Source: Oikopleura dioica
Taxonomy: Eukaryota > Animalia > Chordata
Direction of reading: 5' to 3'
Length of the DNA stretch: 64,000 nt
NCBI GenBank assembly: GCA_907165135.1
Contig: OU015567.1
Location: 11,656,001 to 11,720,000 of the forward strand
Each line of letters starts with the position of its first letter. Position 1 is the stretch's first letter. This document shows positions 24,459-36,726 of this stretch, piece after piece. The translations under genes were made by a program, and so were the position numbers. The notes beneath the pieces are model-generated. The model did not search any database, was not told the origin of the DNA, and worked only from the letters and a program-made list of their open reading frames with translations.

Positions 24459-25980
24459 ATGATGGAAAGCGAAAAGGTTACTCCTTTTGGGTAAGTCAAT
24501 TGTTAATCGTTTGGTTCAACAGGTCTACTAGTCGGGTGGTCCATTTTTTAATATTTCTTGCATTCAAACTAGGATTTGTTAAGATCTACGCAGATTGTAT
24601 TTATAATTTAAAATTTAAGCGACATCTCAAATACGGTTCCCCGTAAAGAAAAACGGGAGCAAGCCCCTATAAAGATTGGCCCAGGTGGAGACAACAACGA
24701 GAATGATAAGGAAAATGAAGGAAATTCGAAACAAAAAGTTTTCAAGGTAAGTATTGATGAAGAAAGCATTTACCCGAGCATCATTTATCATCCATTTATT
24801 AAGGCAATCATTTATCCTGCCGGAAATAGTCGGACTGAATCGGTAAAAGGTTCAGCTGGCAGATAAATAACAACTTGCTCTAGAAAAAGACACGGGGCAC
24901 TCGTGGAGGACGCAAAAATCGTGAAAAGATCGCCCGGACATTCGAAAAGAACTTTTCGTCAAAGACTTTGCCAAAGTTAAAGATCGACGCTCCCATGAAA
25001 CTCGACATCAGTTTGAGTTCCGCAACAGAAAGCGAAAAGTCCTACAAATATTCGGTTGAAGAACTTATTTCTTTCCGAAAGAGCTCAATTGCAAAGGTAC
25101 ACTTAGTACAAAAAAACTCTCCTAGCCTTTTTAAGTCGGAGCCGAAGTTTCTTTGCGAATGTCCACTTACAAAGAAAAAGTCCGGGCTTGAGGAAGTCAA
25201 GATCCTTCCAGTCCCATACCAGCAAGACGGAACGGTAAATGACTGATCGGTACTAAGCTAAATTAACTTTTTAGATCGGAAATATCATCGCAAAAATTCT
25301 TAACAGGGACGCGATTGAACCGATCAAGGGCGATCTACCTCACTTTGTCCGCCGCACGAGCATCAGCCCATCGAAAGTTGAAGCAAGAACTGAAATGGTA
25401 AGAACTATCGAAAAGCGCGGAGTAATACCGATGCATTCATCAGGATAAACCATCTGTGTGCAAGAGGTCCGAATCCCGAGAGTCATTTATCCGCGAAGAC
25501 GCTCCACGAAAGCATAAGATGCGGCCACCGACCGCTCAAGCTTTCCAGCCCTACGAGGTCGCCGAGGATTATGACATCGGATACAACCAAAATTACGAGT
25601 ATGATCCGAACGTAGAGGTACTACTTCTATATTTTCATATCTCCCATCTAGTTTTTAGTATTGTCCAATGCCGGTCTATTACTACGTTCCATACTTCGTG
25701 CCAGCTGTGCCTGTCTACGCGGAGACCCCAACTATGTCTAACTCTAGGTAAAATATGGACAATTAGGTCATCACCAATTTATGCATTCAGCTCGCTCTCA
25801 AGCATCTTCTCTCGAAGCGAGAGCATCCCTGAGTTCATCCCGAACTCAGCTCGATCTGCTCCTCCTACTCCAAAAGAAGATGACGAACCTTTGGCTACAC
25901 CACTAGAAGACTCTCTCGACGAGATCGAAGAGGAGGAAGAGATTAAAGAAGAGGCCAAGGAAGAGCAAGAGAAAGTATAG
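24459..25980 (+). CDS. Multi-exon disordered protein with a YxxxxL-phi (eIF4E-binding-like) motif and a PAM2-like motif
   Basis: Short exons with GT-AG introns starting at MMESEKVTPFG; YKYSVEELISFRK at ~25043-25081; SESIPEFIP at 25816-25842; acidic C-terminus ending EEQEKV*. Confidence 0.5.
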
Positions 25981-26724
25981 CTTTTCGTAGAAGTCACCCG
26001 CATGGCGCGCCGAGAACAATTTGCGGATCATTTACCTGTACTATTCTGATTTTATTTATCTTTTTCTGTATTTAACCCCCGAAAACTGCAATCGAACAGA
26101 TCCAGACGCAAAATATAGATTTGTTCACCAAACCAAATCATAACAAAAATCACAATTCGTAGGAAAAATCTTCAGAATTGTGTTTTATTCTTGTTGAATT
26201 AATGTAGCACTCTTGTTTTTATTCATATTGTAGGTAGAGAATTGAAAAGGTCTGAGGAGGTGAATTTGAGAAGTTTTATAATTTAACGAGAAGCGATCGG
26301 AGTGCCAAAATTTGAGTTTTGAAGAGTTGTCCAGTTTATTATCGGAAAATGTTAAATATTGAACCGAAAAGGAAATGAAATAATAAATAAATGTATTAAC
26401 AATGAAAATCGCTTGCCCGGTATACTTGGACAAAAAGCCTGAATATTTACAGAAGTTGTATATTCACTTAAAATCTCTGGTTCATGTTGTAACGAAAAGG
26501 TTTGACCGAAATTCAAGCTGAAATTAAGAATATACCAGAAGGTAGGGAAATAATTAGGAAGCTTTGTTAATACAATTTCTTGATAGATATTAACTTGAAC
26601 GCGCTATTAGAATTGGTGAGAATAAGCCTCGAAAAAATACGCCGTTGATTTCATTAGAGGGGATATCTTTTCGAGGAGCTCGAGTATGAATTTGAATTAG
26701 GATCAGAAAAAGGAGCACTTTGCG

Positions 26725-27603
26725 TCAATCGTCCTCGTAGTCTTCACTATCCATGTCGTCATCATCATCATCATCGTCATACCAAAAGTTTTCGGATTCG
26801 ATTTCTTCGACGGTCTCTTTCTCTGGCGCCCATTTTATGCAGTACTCATCTAGTGTCGTTGGAACTAAAAATATGTTATTTAACGGAAAGAAACGTTCAA
26901 ATGTATAACTTTAAATAATATAACTTGATACAAATATCAATACTTATTCAACTCATGGTTACTTTTTACGCCATCTCTTTTGGCATCTTCTTGTGACTTC
27001 TTGACCTGCGCAACGATGATAGTCTTGTACTCGTCCTCTGCGCCCCCGGATTCTTTCCATTTTCGATACATCACAGAAGCGTCAACATTAGCTGAAGAAG
27101 TAGATTTTCAGAAAAGAGAGGATACCGATGATTCTACCTGGACTATAAGTATTTGGCTCATTCAGTAAAGATATCACGGACAGTAGAACTGTTCGGACAT
27201 TTTGCGTTGGGTTCCATCGCTCGGAAGGGAGCTCGCCGGATTGAGGATCGTCGACTGGAGGGTGTAAAATTGAGATACAGACGTCGCCATTCTCGTATAT
27301 GTTTGGATGCCACATTTCCGTTCGAAAACGAAACGTTGGTGGGCTAAACTTGAGTTGATATGGGTCGCAAACAACAAGGAGTACTTCAAAACTTTACCTG
27401 TAAGGATAGTCTTTGGGGAAAGTCATTTCTGCCTTGAAATATCCACCTTCGTAGAGCGTCTTTGGAGGCCCAAAGATCACGACTTTCCATTCGTACATGT
27501 TGTGATCCGATTTTAAGGATATACTAAACCCCTCGACTGGCTCTTTTGTGAGCTTCGTCAGCTCTGTCGAGAGAACCTTCGCCGACGATGCAGCTGAACT
27601 CAT
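26725..27603 (-). CDS. CDC34: Ubiquitin-conjugating enzyme E2 R (CDC34/UBE2R), 4 exons
   Basis: FGPPKTLYEGGYFKA, MWHPNIYENGDVCISILHPPVDDPQSGELPSERWNPTQNVRT (catalytic Cys plus acidic loop), and an acidic tail ending DSEDYEDD*. Confidence 0.95.
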
Positions 27604-27708
27604 CGACACTAAATTAAAAGGTTTCAGTTTTCCTTCTTTCCGTGTTGCTGTAATTGAGATATTATCAGGATTATTTCAGTGCTGGTCAGTGAGTAACGAT
27701 GTTTTCAA

Positions 27709-30700
27709 TTAGAAATCAGTTGGCTTGAAAAGCTGCTCTTGGATTTCGCGATATTCTTTGACGAAGACAATTTCGATTTCTTCCTTGATGACGTCGTCGA
27801 GCTTGTTGTACTCGTTCAAACAGTCAACGGGCAGGAAGACCTTCTTGATTTCAGCTCGTTTGGCAGCGAGAATCTTTTCTTTGATTCCTCCGACAGCAAG
27901 AACCTAGATAATTATTTGCGAGATTAATTATAGAAAAACGAGCCTTTTTATTTAACGAGATTTCTCCAGTCATCGCGACATCCTGAATTGGAACTCCAGT
28001 GGCAAGAGACAACAGAGCTGAAACAATCGTCACGCCGGCGCTTGGGCCATCCTTTGGCGTGGCGCCTTCTGGGAAGTGAAGATGCAAGTTGTTGTTTTTG
28101 AAAAAGTCGGCGTGCTTTGTGCCGGCAAGGATGTTCTTTGCGACAGTATAAGCAATCGACGTAGACTCTTTCATGACGTCTTTGATGTTCCCGGTCACCT
28201 TGAGAGTGCCTTTTCCGTCACTTGATTCAACGATGGCAGTTTCGACGTAGAGAGCCGATCCGCCCATGGATGTCCAAGCCAGACCACAAACAGTACCAGC
28301 TGGTGGGTCATCATACATGCGATCCTAAAAATCATCTTTGAAAATCACAAAAATCTGGTAGCTTTTGCAAAAGAAAGGTTGAAGGTGTGAGATACTCAAA
28401 AACATTCTAGAGCAATCATCACATGATTTATTTTTCAGAATACGAACCTTGGTAAAGACAGCAGGTCCAACGAAGTCTTTCAAGTTGTCCACTGTTACTT
28501 CCACTTTCTCTCCATTTACGACTGAAGATTGATTTCATTTCATTACTACTACTTTAATTTTCACCTTTTCGCGAGGCCTTTCTGAAGATCTTCTCGATGT
28601 GTTTTCGCAAGTTTCGGACACCAGACTCCCGACAATGCTTGTCAATAAGATACACTAGCGCCTCTCGGCTGAACGAAATGTCTTCCTCCGTGATTCCTGT
28701 TTCTTCGTGCGACTTTGGGATTAAATATTTCTTTGCGATTTCGACCTTTTCATCGGTGATGTAGCCCGCGACTTCGATCATTTCCATTCGATCACGGAGC
28801 GGCCCACTTAAAATTTTATTAGAAAACGATGCTTAGCCGGCTAATACCTGATTGTGCTAATATCATTCGCCGTGCAGATAAACAACGCCTTAGACAAGTC
28901 GATTGGAACATCCAAATAATGATCGAGGAATCCAACATTCTGCTCCGGATCGAGCAACTCCAAAAGAGCGGAGCTAGGATCGCCTTGATATCCACGGCCG
29001 AGTTTGTCGATCTCATCAATAAGAATCAACGGGTTTTCTGACTGAGTCTTTTTCAAACATTGCACGAGTTTTCCAGGCATTGCACCGACATAAGTTCTTC
29101 TATGTCCTTTTATTTCAGCTACATCTGACATTCCACCGACAGAAAATCGGTAGTATTTGCGACCCAGTGAGCGAGCGATAGACTAATGACTATGATTACG
29201 TCTTTAATTCTTAGAGGAAACCCTACCTTGGCGATAGAGGTTTTACCGGTACCAGGAGGACCATGAAAACAGAGAATTTTACCCTGGACACTTCCTCTTA
29301 GTTGTGATGTGCAGATAAACTCCAGTATTCTATCTTTTACATCCTTCATTCTGAGAAAAAGTTAATAATGTATGAAATAAAAATGAGTAGTACCCGTAAT
29401 GATCTTCATCAAGAATAGTTTGAGCGGCATTTTGATCCAAAGTGTCCTCAGTTTCTGTTCCCCATGGCAATACAGTAAGCCAATCTTTAATTGCTAGTTA
29501 TTCGTATATTACAAAGATTAATAACCTAGATAATTCCTTGCTACTTGGAACTCAGAGGCTGCTGGTTCCAAAAACTCGAGTCGTCCGAGTTCATTATCAA
29601 TCACCGTCTTCACAGCTTCTGGAATCACCTTATCCTTGATAGCATCTCGGAACTTTTGAATGACGGTTTCTTTATCGTCTTTTTCCATTCCTAACTGCTT
29701 CTTAATGACCTTGAGCTGTTCGCGGAGCATGTGATCTTCGTGCGCTTTTCGAACTTTTTCCTCGACTTTCTTTCCGATGTCCTGTTGTATTCGTGAAAGC
29801 TGCAGCTCCTTTTTAATTTGCTCGAGGGAGAGCGCAAGTCTGACTTCAATATTTTTCTCCGTCAAGATCGCCATCTTCTCTGCTGTATCGCCACTGGACA
29901 AGGCGCCTCCGAAATCGGCCAAAAACGCGGCATCATCGACAACCCGCACTCCCTGGCTCAAAATTTGATGAACAGCTTCTCGGTAAAGTTGATTAATTTG
30001 AATTAAATCACGGCAACTTTGAATGATTTCCGCGCTCAGTGCTTTTGTCTGCTCGTTGATGATTAGATTTTCTTTCACATTCGAAACGTCACCCCAGAAA
30101 ATGCGATTGTTGTTGTTTTCGATTTTCATATTACGTTCGGCATTGGCGCCGTCGAGGGTTAGTCTTCGAATGCCGCTGATTAGAAGGCGAAGGGACGATT
30201 TCATTTCGACACATTCTTCGATCTGGACCAAAGTGCCAGTAGTGTACAATTCGGAAACAGAAGATGCCACGTTATCATCTTAATTCGGAGCTTAAAGATG
30301 AAAAACAATCATAGAATTACCGATAGTGTCGTCTTGTCTAACAAAAATGCCGGCATATGGAAACTTGAGGCCGATATTCTTTAAAATAAGTTTTTGCAAC
30401 ACTGGATCGTTAACTTCTATGATTCGCTTAAACTTGGGGAAGATGGGATTCGACGTTGCGACGATGATAGGAACTGTAGGAATGTTGGTTGGAATCACGG
30501 GACCCATATCAGGCAGAGCATCATTGTTTTGCTCATTTTCTTATGAAAAACATAGCATTGAAAGACGAAAGAAATAAATTACCGATAAGAAGCCTCTCAA
30601 TGACCTTTCGATGAGACATTTCATAAGCAAACAACGAAGGCGCCCGTTTTAAATCAATTATATATTTCTTTTCTAGCGCAGTAAGCTCCGCAGAAATTGC

Positions 30701-30778
30701 AGCTCCGCGGCGCATGCATGTTCTTGAGAGAAACAGATTCCTCTGGAAGCCTCGAATCAAATCCCTCCGTCCGAACAT
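27709..30778 (-). CDS. LONP1: Mitochondrial Lon protease
   Basis: Arg-rich presequence [11 protein letters not shown], Lon N-domain, Walker A GPPGTGKT, Walker B ILIDEIDK, catalytic PKDGPSAG and GGIKEK. One GC-AG intron at 27904-27943. Confidence 0.95.
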
Positions 30779-30949
30779 CTGAAGATATTCACAGTCAGTT
30801 TCGAACGATTTTTATTGTTATCTGTATGTGCGGGATTGAAGAAAGAGTGACAAGTAAATGATTTGTGAAAAAATAGAGCATAAGTGGAAATACAGTTTGT
30901 TTTTTAAGACAGAGTATATTTTTAAAATGACTGAAGAAAGATATCATTT

Positions 30950-33402
30950 TTATTGAGTAGGCTCAGGCTCTTGTACTGGATTTTCGACGGGCGCGGATTC
31001 ATTTTTCTCGTTGGTTGCTGGGGAGTCAAAGTATGAGCGGACTCTTCGGGTTGAGTTTTCTTCTCTTTCCCTTTCATTACTTTCTTCTGTTTCGTCTTTG
31101 CCCGTGAAAACTTCTTCACAAAAGTCAATGTCCGGGAGGTCATCTCGCCAGAACTTGTTCTCTAAGTGTTGAAGAGAAGATGTCGAAGTAGTCATACTAT
31201 TGCAATTAATTAGGAAGATCACAAATGGACTATTTTCTAACCTTCTCTGGGGAAAGAAGAAGTCAACGATTTCCGCCATGGAGCTATAATTTGTCTTGAA
31301 TATCTTTTGGAGCGAAGGATCAGAGTTTTTGACGACGCCTTTTTTACTGATTGTGAATATCCTCTTTTTTGGGATTTCAACCTTAAATGAAATGTAATAA
31401 TCTTTTCGTAAGAGATGTAATCTACGTGTAGATAGGAAGTCTCATCTGTCATTTTGTTCCCGAAGCCGGCGTAGAACGGCGTCGGGTAAAACTCAGGGAA
31501 TAAGTTTCTGATTCCAGTGAGGCAATCGATTTTGAACTCTTCTGGATTACGAGTCCATACTTCGCGCAGCAAGGCCGAAACCAGTGATGAAGGATTTAAC
31601 AAAACAGGCCCCTAGGATCATTAAATTGCTGAATTAATGATTGGTCTTACCTTTGGTAGATATTTTCCGTCTTTTTCTGACCAATTGATATAGGTCTTTG
31701 TCATGTGACTTTGGCTGATGGCCCGCGAGCTTACATACATGAATTTGTAGTTATTTCTGAAAGTCATTTTGAAAATATGCGACATAATTATTCTGGATAC
31801 CTGGCAATGTTCTGGTACAATTGGTGGATCCCGGCGTGCGAGTACTCGACGTGAATAATGTTTGAGACTTGGCCTACCACATCACTTTTGGTTATTGTTC
31901 CGTCAATATCAGAAACTGGGAGAGACAGATAAGAAAATTATAAATATAATTTCCAATTGGAAACTTGAATTACCAATAATTTTGTCAGTATGGTGCCATA
32001 AGTAAATGCTCGCTTCCGCATACCCAAGGCCTTGCATTTTTGAGCAGACCTAGAATCAAAATTGTATAAATCTGACATAATGAAGAGCTTACAATAAACT
32101 CCACTTTGTTTCTTCCAGGTTTGAGATTTAATTTGACCAAATCTTCGTGCTCTAATGTCAGTGTTTTTCCTTTGAATCTGTCGAATGTATTCGGCTTCGT
32201 TGGTGATGTACTATTCTCCTCATTTAACGAGTCATCTAACGAGTTATTTTCATTATTGTTTGCTATCGAAGATCTGCTGTTCTGCTTGCTTTTGCCGAAG
32301 CCGAAGAACCATGGGCGTCTCGCTGGAGTTTTTAGTTTCTGTATTGTTTCTTGGTCCAAATCACTTTCGAAGAAGATTCTGGCCACGAGAATGGATGCCA
32401 CTGTAAGGAAATTCATGTATCGATCGTTTTCGCGAATGACGAGTCTGGGATTCTCGATGATGCTTCTTGGATCTTTCGAGTAGGTCTCCCAGCTAACTCG
32501 GTAGCGATCGAACTGCTCCGCTGTTATTTTGTCTTCTGGGACTCCCGGGCCTCCGCAAAGAGAAATTTGAACGCCGCAGCCGAAGAAGGGCTCCGTCTCT
32601 GTATTACTATCTTCGTCATCTTCCTCTTCATCGTCCGTGGAATCGATCATCGAATCAGCATCATAGCCAGATGGTTGCTCGATATTCTCGCTTGGTCCAG
32701 AGGATGGCTCAGGCACGCTACTAATTACCGGGTCGCTGTTTGATGTGCGTACTTCGAACTCTCTTGACGTCGCGCTTTTGTACGAGTGCTCAGACTTATT
32801 GCTTGTCGATGAGATGGACTCTTCCACTGGCAACTGGCCCCACTTCCAAACTTTAACGTGGCTTGGTGTCGGAGGAGGTCGCAGGGCGGATGAACCGAAC
32901 TCGATTTCTGGGTCGGATAAATATCCCTGAATCAGATAAACATGTGGCGTAGAAATAATTATTTACCTGTATATTTGGGCGACTTGTACATTCGATCTCG
33001 GAATCAGACAACGCTGATGCCGGATCAAAAACAGGTTCCGAGTTGCTATTTTTCCTCCTTCTAGCGTGATGGTGGTGGAATCCCTTTTTAGGCGTTTCTG
33101 GTGGTGAAATTATGCCATCTTCATCGATGTTTACAAAAAATGCGTCGCCTCCACGTCCGAGCTTCATCGTCACTTCCGTTCTTTCGCCATTGACATTGAT
33201 GTTGACGGTCCGACCGGCAGGCCGGGTCGAAGTCGCGAAGCCAATTTGGACATGGAACGGAGAAGCGCGAAGGGTACCATCTATTGGTTATTTATTAGTC
33301 TTATTGAGCCAAAATTGAGATGTTACCTGGCTGTTCAATACAGACAATGTCGATGGCCGAACTCAGCGGACTGAAGTTCGTGAAAAAGTCGAGAATGCCC
33401 AT
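30950..33402 (-). CDS. LPIN: Lipin (phosphatidate phosphatase)
   Basis: N-LIP domain (SPLSSAIDIVCIEQP|DGTLRASPFHVQIG...MKLGRGGDAFFV) and C-LIP domain with catalytic SDIDGTITKSD, GPVLLNP, PEEFKIDCL and FYAGFGN. Confidence 0.92.
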
Positions 33403-33889
33403 CTGGCTAACTTCTCTTGCGGCCGCCCGACGGCAACCCGATTTTCACCACTTATTCTTGAAAAAACGAAAGTAGACAATTGCGTTTTTGATTTTTGGGC
33501 ACGAGACGTCTGTTATTGCACGAAGTGAGTAATAGTAAAAATAGTTGTTTGAATAGAGCTAAAGTAGAAATACAAAATGATGATAATCTGCGTAGATAGG
33601 AGGGAATGAAGATTGAATCATCAACAGTCGATGATTTAAAATTGACCTCTGACCTTTTTATGTGGCTCAGATGAAAATATTTTGCAACGTTGCATCAGCT
33701 TTCTCAAAAACAAGTCATTACCCAAGGGCACTCAGAATCATAATTTGAGCCTTTCCTTAAGTTTCATCTTCTGAGCGAGGGGAGCTTCGGCAGCTCGATA
33801 TTCTTGAGTTCATTTTTCAAATTTGGCAGTTCGATACTCTTCAGCGCGCCGGCCACCATTGACGGTGTTTTGGAGAAGCCGATCTGCAT

Positions 33890-34313
33890 CTAGGGTCGGC
33901 ACCGACCACCATTTTCCCAGGTCGGGTTGGTCGGTCTCCCAAAAATTTGGCGAAATCCGTGGTCGTTTTGGTTGGTCGGGTCGCCTTACTTTTTGGTCGG
34001 TTTTTGGTCGGTCGGTGGTCGGTTTTTGGTCGGGTCGGGTCGGTTTTTATCCAAAAGAAATAATGATCCGCTGTTAGTTTTCATTTAAATTATACTCGAT
34101 GAGTGAAGAAAATGAATAGGTTTCCGACCAAAACCGACCAACCCGACCGTCAACCGGTCAATATCCGACCAAAACCGACCAAAAACCGACCAAAAACCGA
34201 CCATCGACCGACCATACCCGACCACCGACCAAACAAAGAATAAAAATCACAGGTTGGGTTGGTCGATACCCAAATCAGGTCGGGTTTTGGTCGGTGGTCG
34301 GTGCCGACCCTAG
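33890..34313. mobile_element. hAT-like MITE (~424 bp)
   Basis: TIR (C)TAGGGTCGGCACCGACCACC...GGTGGTCGGTGCCGACCCTA(G). Flanking direct repeat ATCTGCAT (8 bp; reads as 10-bp GATCTGCATC if the element is taken to start at TAGGG). Internal GGTCG/CGACC arrays in inverted orientation. Confidence 0.9.
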
Positions 34314-34513
34314 ATCTGCATCATTAATCATTTATTTTTGAAGACATGGAAGAGAACAACAAGTTACGACGTGCTGTTACCGATGAGCAAATACATACAG
34401 TACAAACAGTTGGATAAATGCGTAAATGAAGAATTGGAATCGAACGGCGTCAATTAAACAGGCATTACATAAATAGCACCAGATTTTCACAAGCTCTAGA
34501 ATCCAGAAAGGAG

Positions 34514-35604
34514 CTAGTGCAGAAATCCAAACTTAGGCATTTTTATACTCGAGCGGCCTCTTGCAAGCGAGTCCTTGAGACCAGGCAGAATACTCGTCTA
34601 CAAACATGACAATTGGACGGACAACGGATAAATGATTTTGAAATTGTATAACTGATGGTTACACAACATGCGACTTTTCATACCTCCTGTTTACAGATTT
34701 TCTCCTGCTCGTGATATCTGCTCACGATTTCGTGAAGACTTGTTTCTACAAGGATTGAATACACAATCGACTGTACAACGAGGTTACCTAAGACCATTCC
34801 GCCCATAATCATTTCGTTCAAAATAAAATGCACTTTGTCCATGTGAAAGATCAAATCCAACTCACAAACATTTTCGAAACATCTGTCCAGAACTTCCACG
34901 AGAACCTGCAATTGAAAGAAAGACCCAAAAGCGTCAGTGATTCGTACCTGTATCAAATCCAAAATACCAAGCTCAGATTCGGACGAGTCAACGCAAAAGA
35001 TGAAATACAAGGTTGCGTAGTGTCGGTAAATCAAGCGGTAATCAGATCCGCCGACTAATTTGCCGCCCTCGAGAAAGCTGCACACACCTTCTTCTCTACG
35101 CGAAACCAAGTTGAAAATTTCCTAAAGAAATAATACAGAAACTGCGGGATTAATTTATTTGATGGTAAATGCGTTAAAAGAACTACCTACAGAAGAAAAG
35201 GATTCATCTTATAATTTTATAATCTTTATAATAATAGATCCTTCTGAGGGATCCTTTTTAGTTGTGTGGCGATCTTATTTCCCAATTTCTGTTTTATGCA
35301 ATTATTCATCAAAAGAGGGCGGGCAAGGGACGTCGCAGCGGGATGTGATCGACTAACAGGTTCGAACCAACCCATCAAGGCTTGCGTCCCTTCGTCTCCT
35401 ACCTAAATGCTCTTGGGGCTCTAGATGAGATCACCACAATGGTACGAACGCTTCATATAAAATTTCGATCAAACTTATAAATACACGTAGTACACGTATT
35501 GTTACCTCAATAATCGATTGTTGATCTTGCTCGCTGTAATGCTGATAGAACTTCGTAACTCTTGGCTTGCCTTGGTTGTTGAATATAAGAACAGCTTTGA
35601 TCAT
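34514..35604 (-). CDS. AP3S: AP-3 complex subunit sigma
   Basis: MIKAVLIFNNQGKPRVTKFY, LIYRHYATLYFIFCVDSSESELGILDLIQ, FENVCELDLIFHMDKVHFILNEMIMGGMVL. Confidence 0.93.
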
Positions 35605-35665
35605 TCTAAAAATTCTATCGTGAAATAGTTCAGTATTATTTAGTATAGATTTCAATTTGTCATTT

Positions 35666-36540
35666 TCAGTATCCAGCAGACTGCAACTCAGCCACCTTGG
35701 CCGATTCCTCCAACAAAGCATTCTGCTTTTTCACATTTTCTTTCATCTTTTCTTTCATTTGTTTCAATTGATCCATAATGGACAGTTTCGTCGGCACAGC
35801 TTCGCTCGCTTCTTTTACTCTTTCCTGGAACGCCTTTACTTCTTCCTCCACCATTTTCTTTCCTCGCTTGTTGCAGGTATTTCTACAGTCGTTTTGCGTC
35901 AGTCGATTGGGATTCAGAGCTCGTCTGTTTGTTTCCGCCTTGGAAAATGTTAATATTTGAATAAAAAAGTGTAAATACAATTATATCCTCGGTAAATAAC
36001 TCCGGCTGCGTTGGTAAGCTATCCATGAGCATATCAAGAGTCGCCGCGGTTCCTCCCTTTTCCTTTTTCTCGCTGAAATTCAGCTTTGACTATCGATAGT
36101 AAAAAGATGATCACTTACACATAATTTTTCATATCCTGCTCGACTTGTTTAGAAATATTCAACCGCTGAATAAGAAACTCTCGTCTGGCTTGCCTTCTTT
36201 GCTTTTTCGTCACATTCTAAAGAGTAAAATAGAAACAAAATCAAGGAGCATCAAGGTACCTTTCCATCTCCATCCCGACCAAGCCGGGAAGTCGAGCTTC
36301 GAGAACTCATTCTTGAAGACGCCATTGACATTCGATCATCCTCCAAGGTCTCCCCAGAGAAAGGATTCTCCGTCAATAGAGGAAGCTTTGGCGGCGGGAC
36401 TAAGCAATTAAAAAAACGAGGATAAATATCTCCTTACTTTTGAAGACGAGTCCAAGCTCTTTGAGATCTTCATCGTCGCTAGAATCGGCCTTTTTCGCCG
36501 CGTGATGGTATTTGGTCCGCTCTTTCTTTACTTTTGGCAT
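35666..36540 (-). CDS. SLX9: Probable ribosome biogenesis protein SLX9/FAM207A homolog
   Basis: MPKVKKERTKYHHAA, TKKQRRQARREFLIQRL, TLDMLMDSLP and MVEEEVKAFQE...IMDQLKQ resemble SLX9 motifs. Recognised from memory only. Confidence 0.6.
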
Positions 36541-36726
36541 TCTAGGAATAAAAATATAAATCAGGGAGGTAATTAAATAAATAATTTATTGAACAGTTCA
36601 TTGATAGTCTTTGTGAAAACTGGATAGAATTGCGAAATTGTGTTCCTGTGAAAATAAATGAAGAAGTGATGATTTTGAAAGATTTTCTTAATTCCTTTTT
36701 GAATTGAATATAATAGCAGCTTGATT

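Noticed and set aside
33890-34313. Short-period repeats in this MITE, the 17869 MITE and the hAT ends considered as a CRISPR-like array
   Set aside because: Eukaryotic context, 5-6 nt units without unique spacers; they are subterminal transposase-binding-type repeats.
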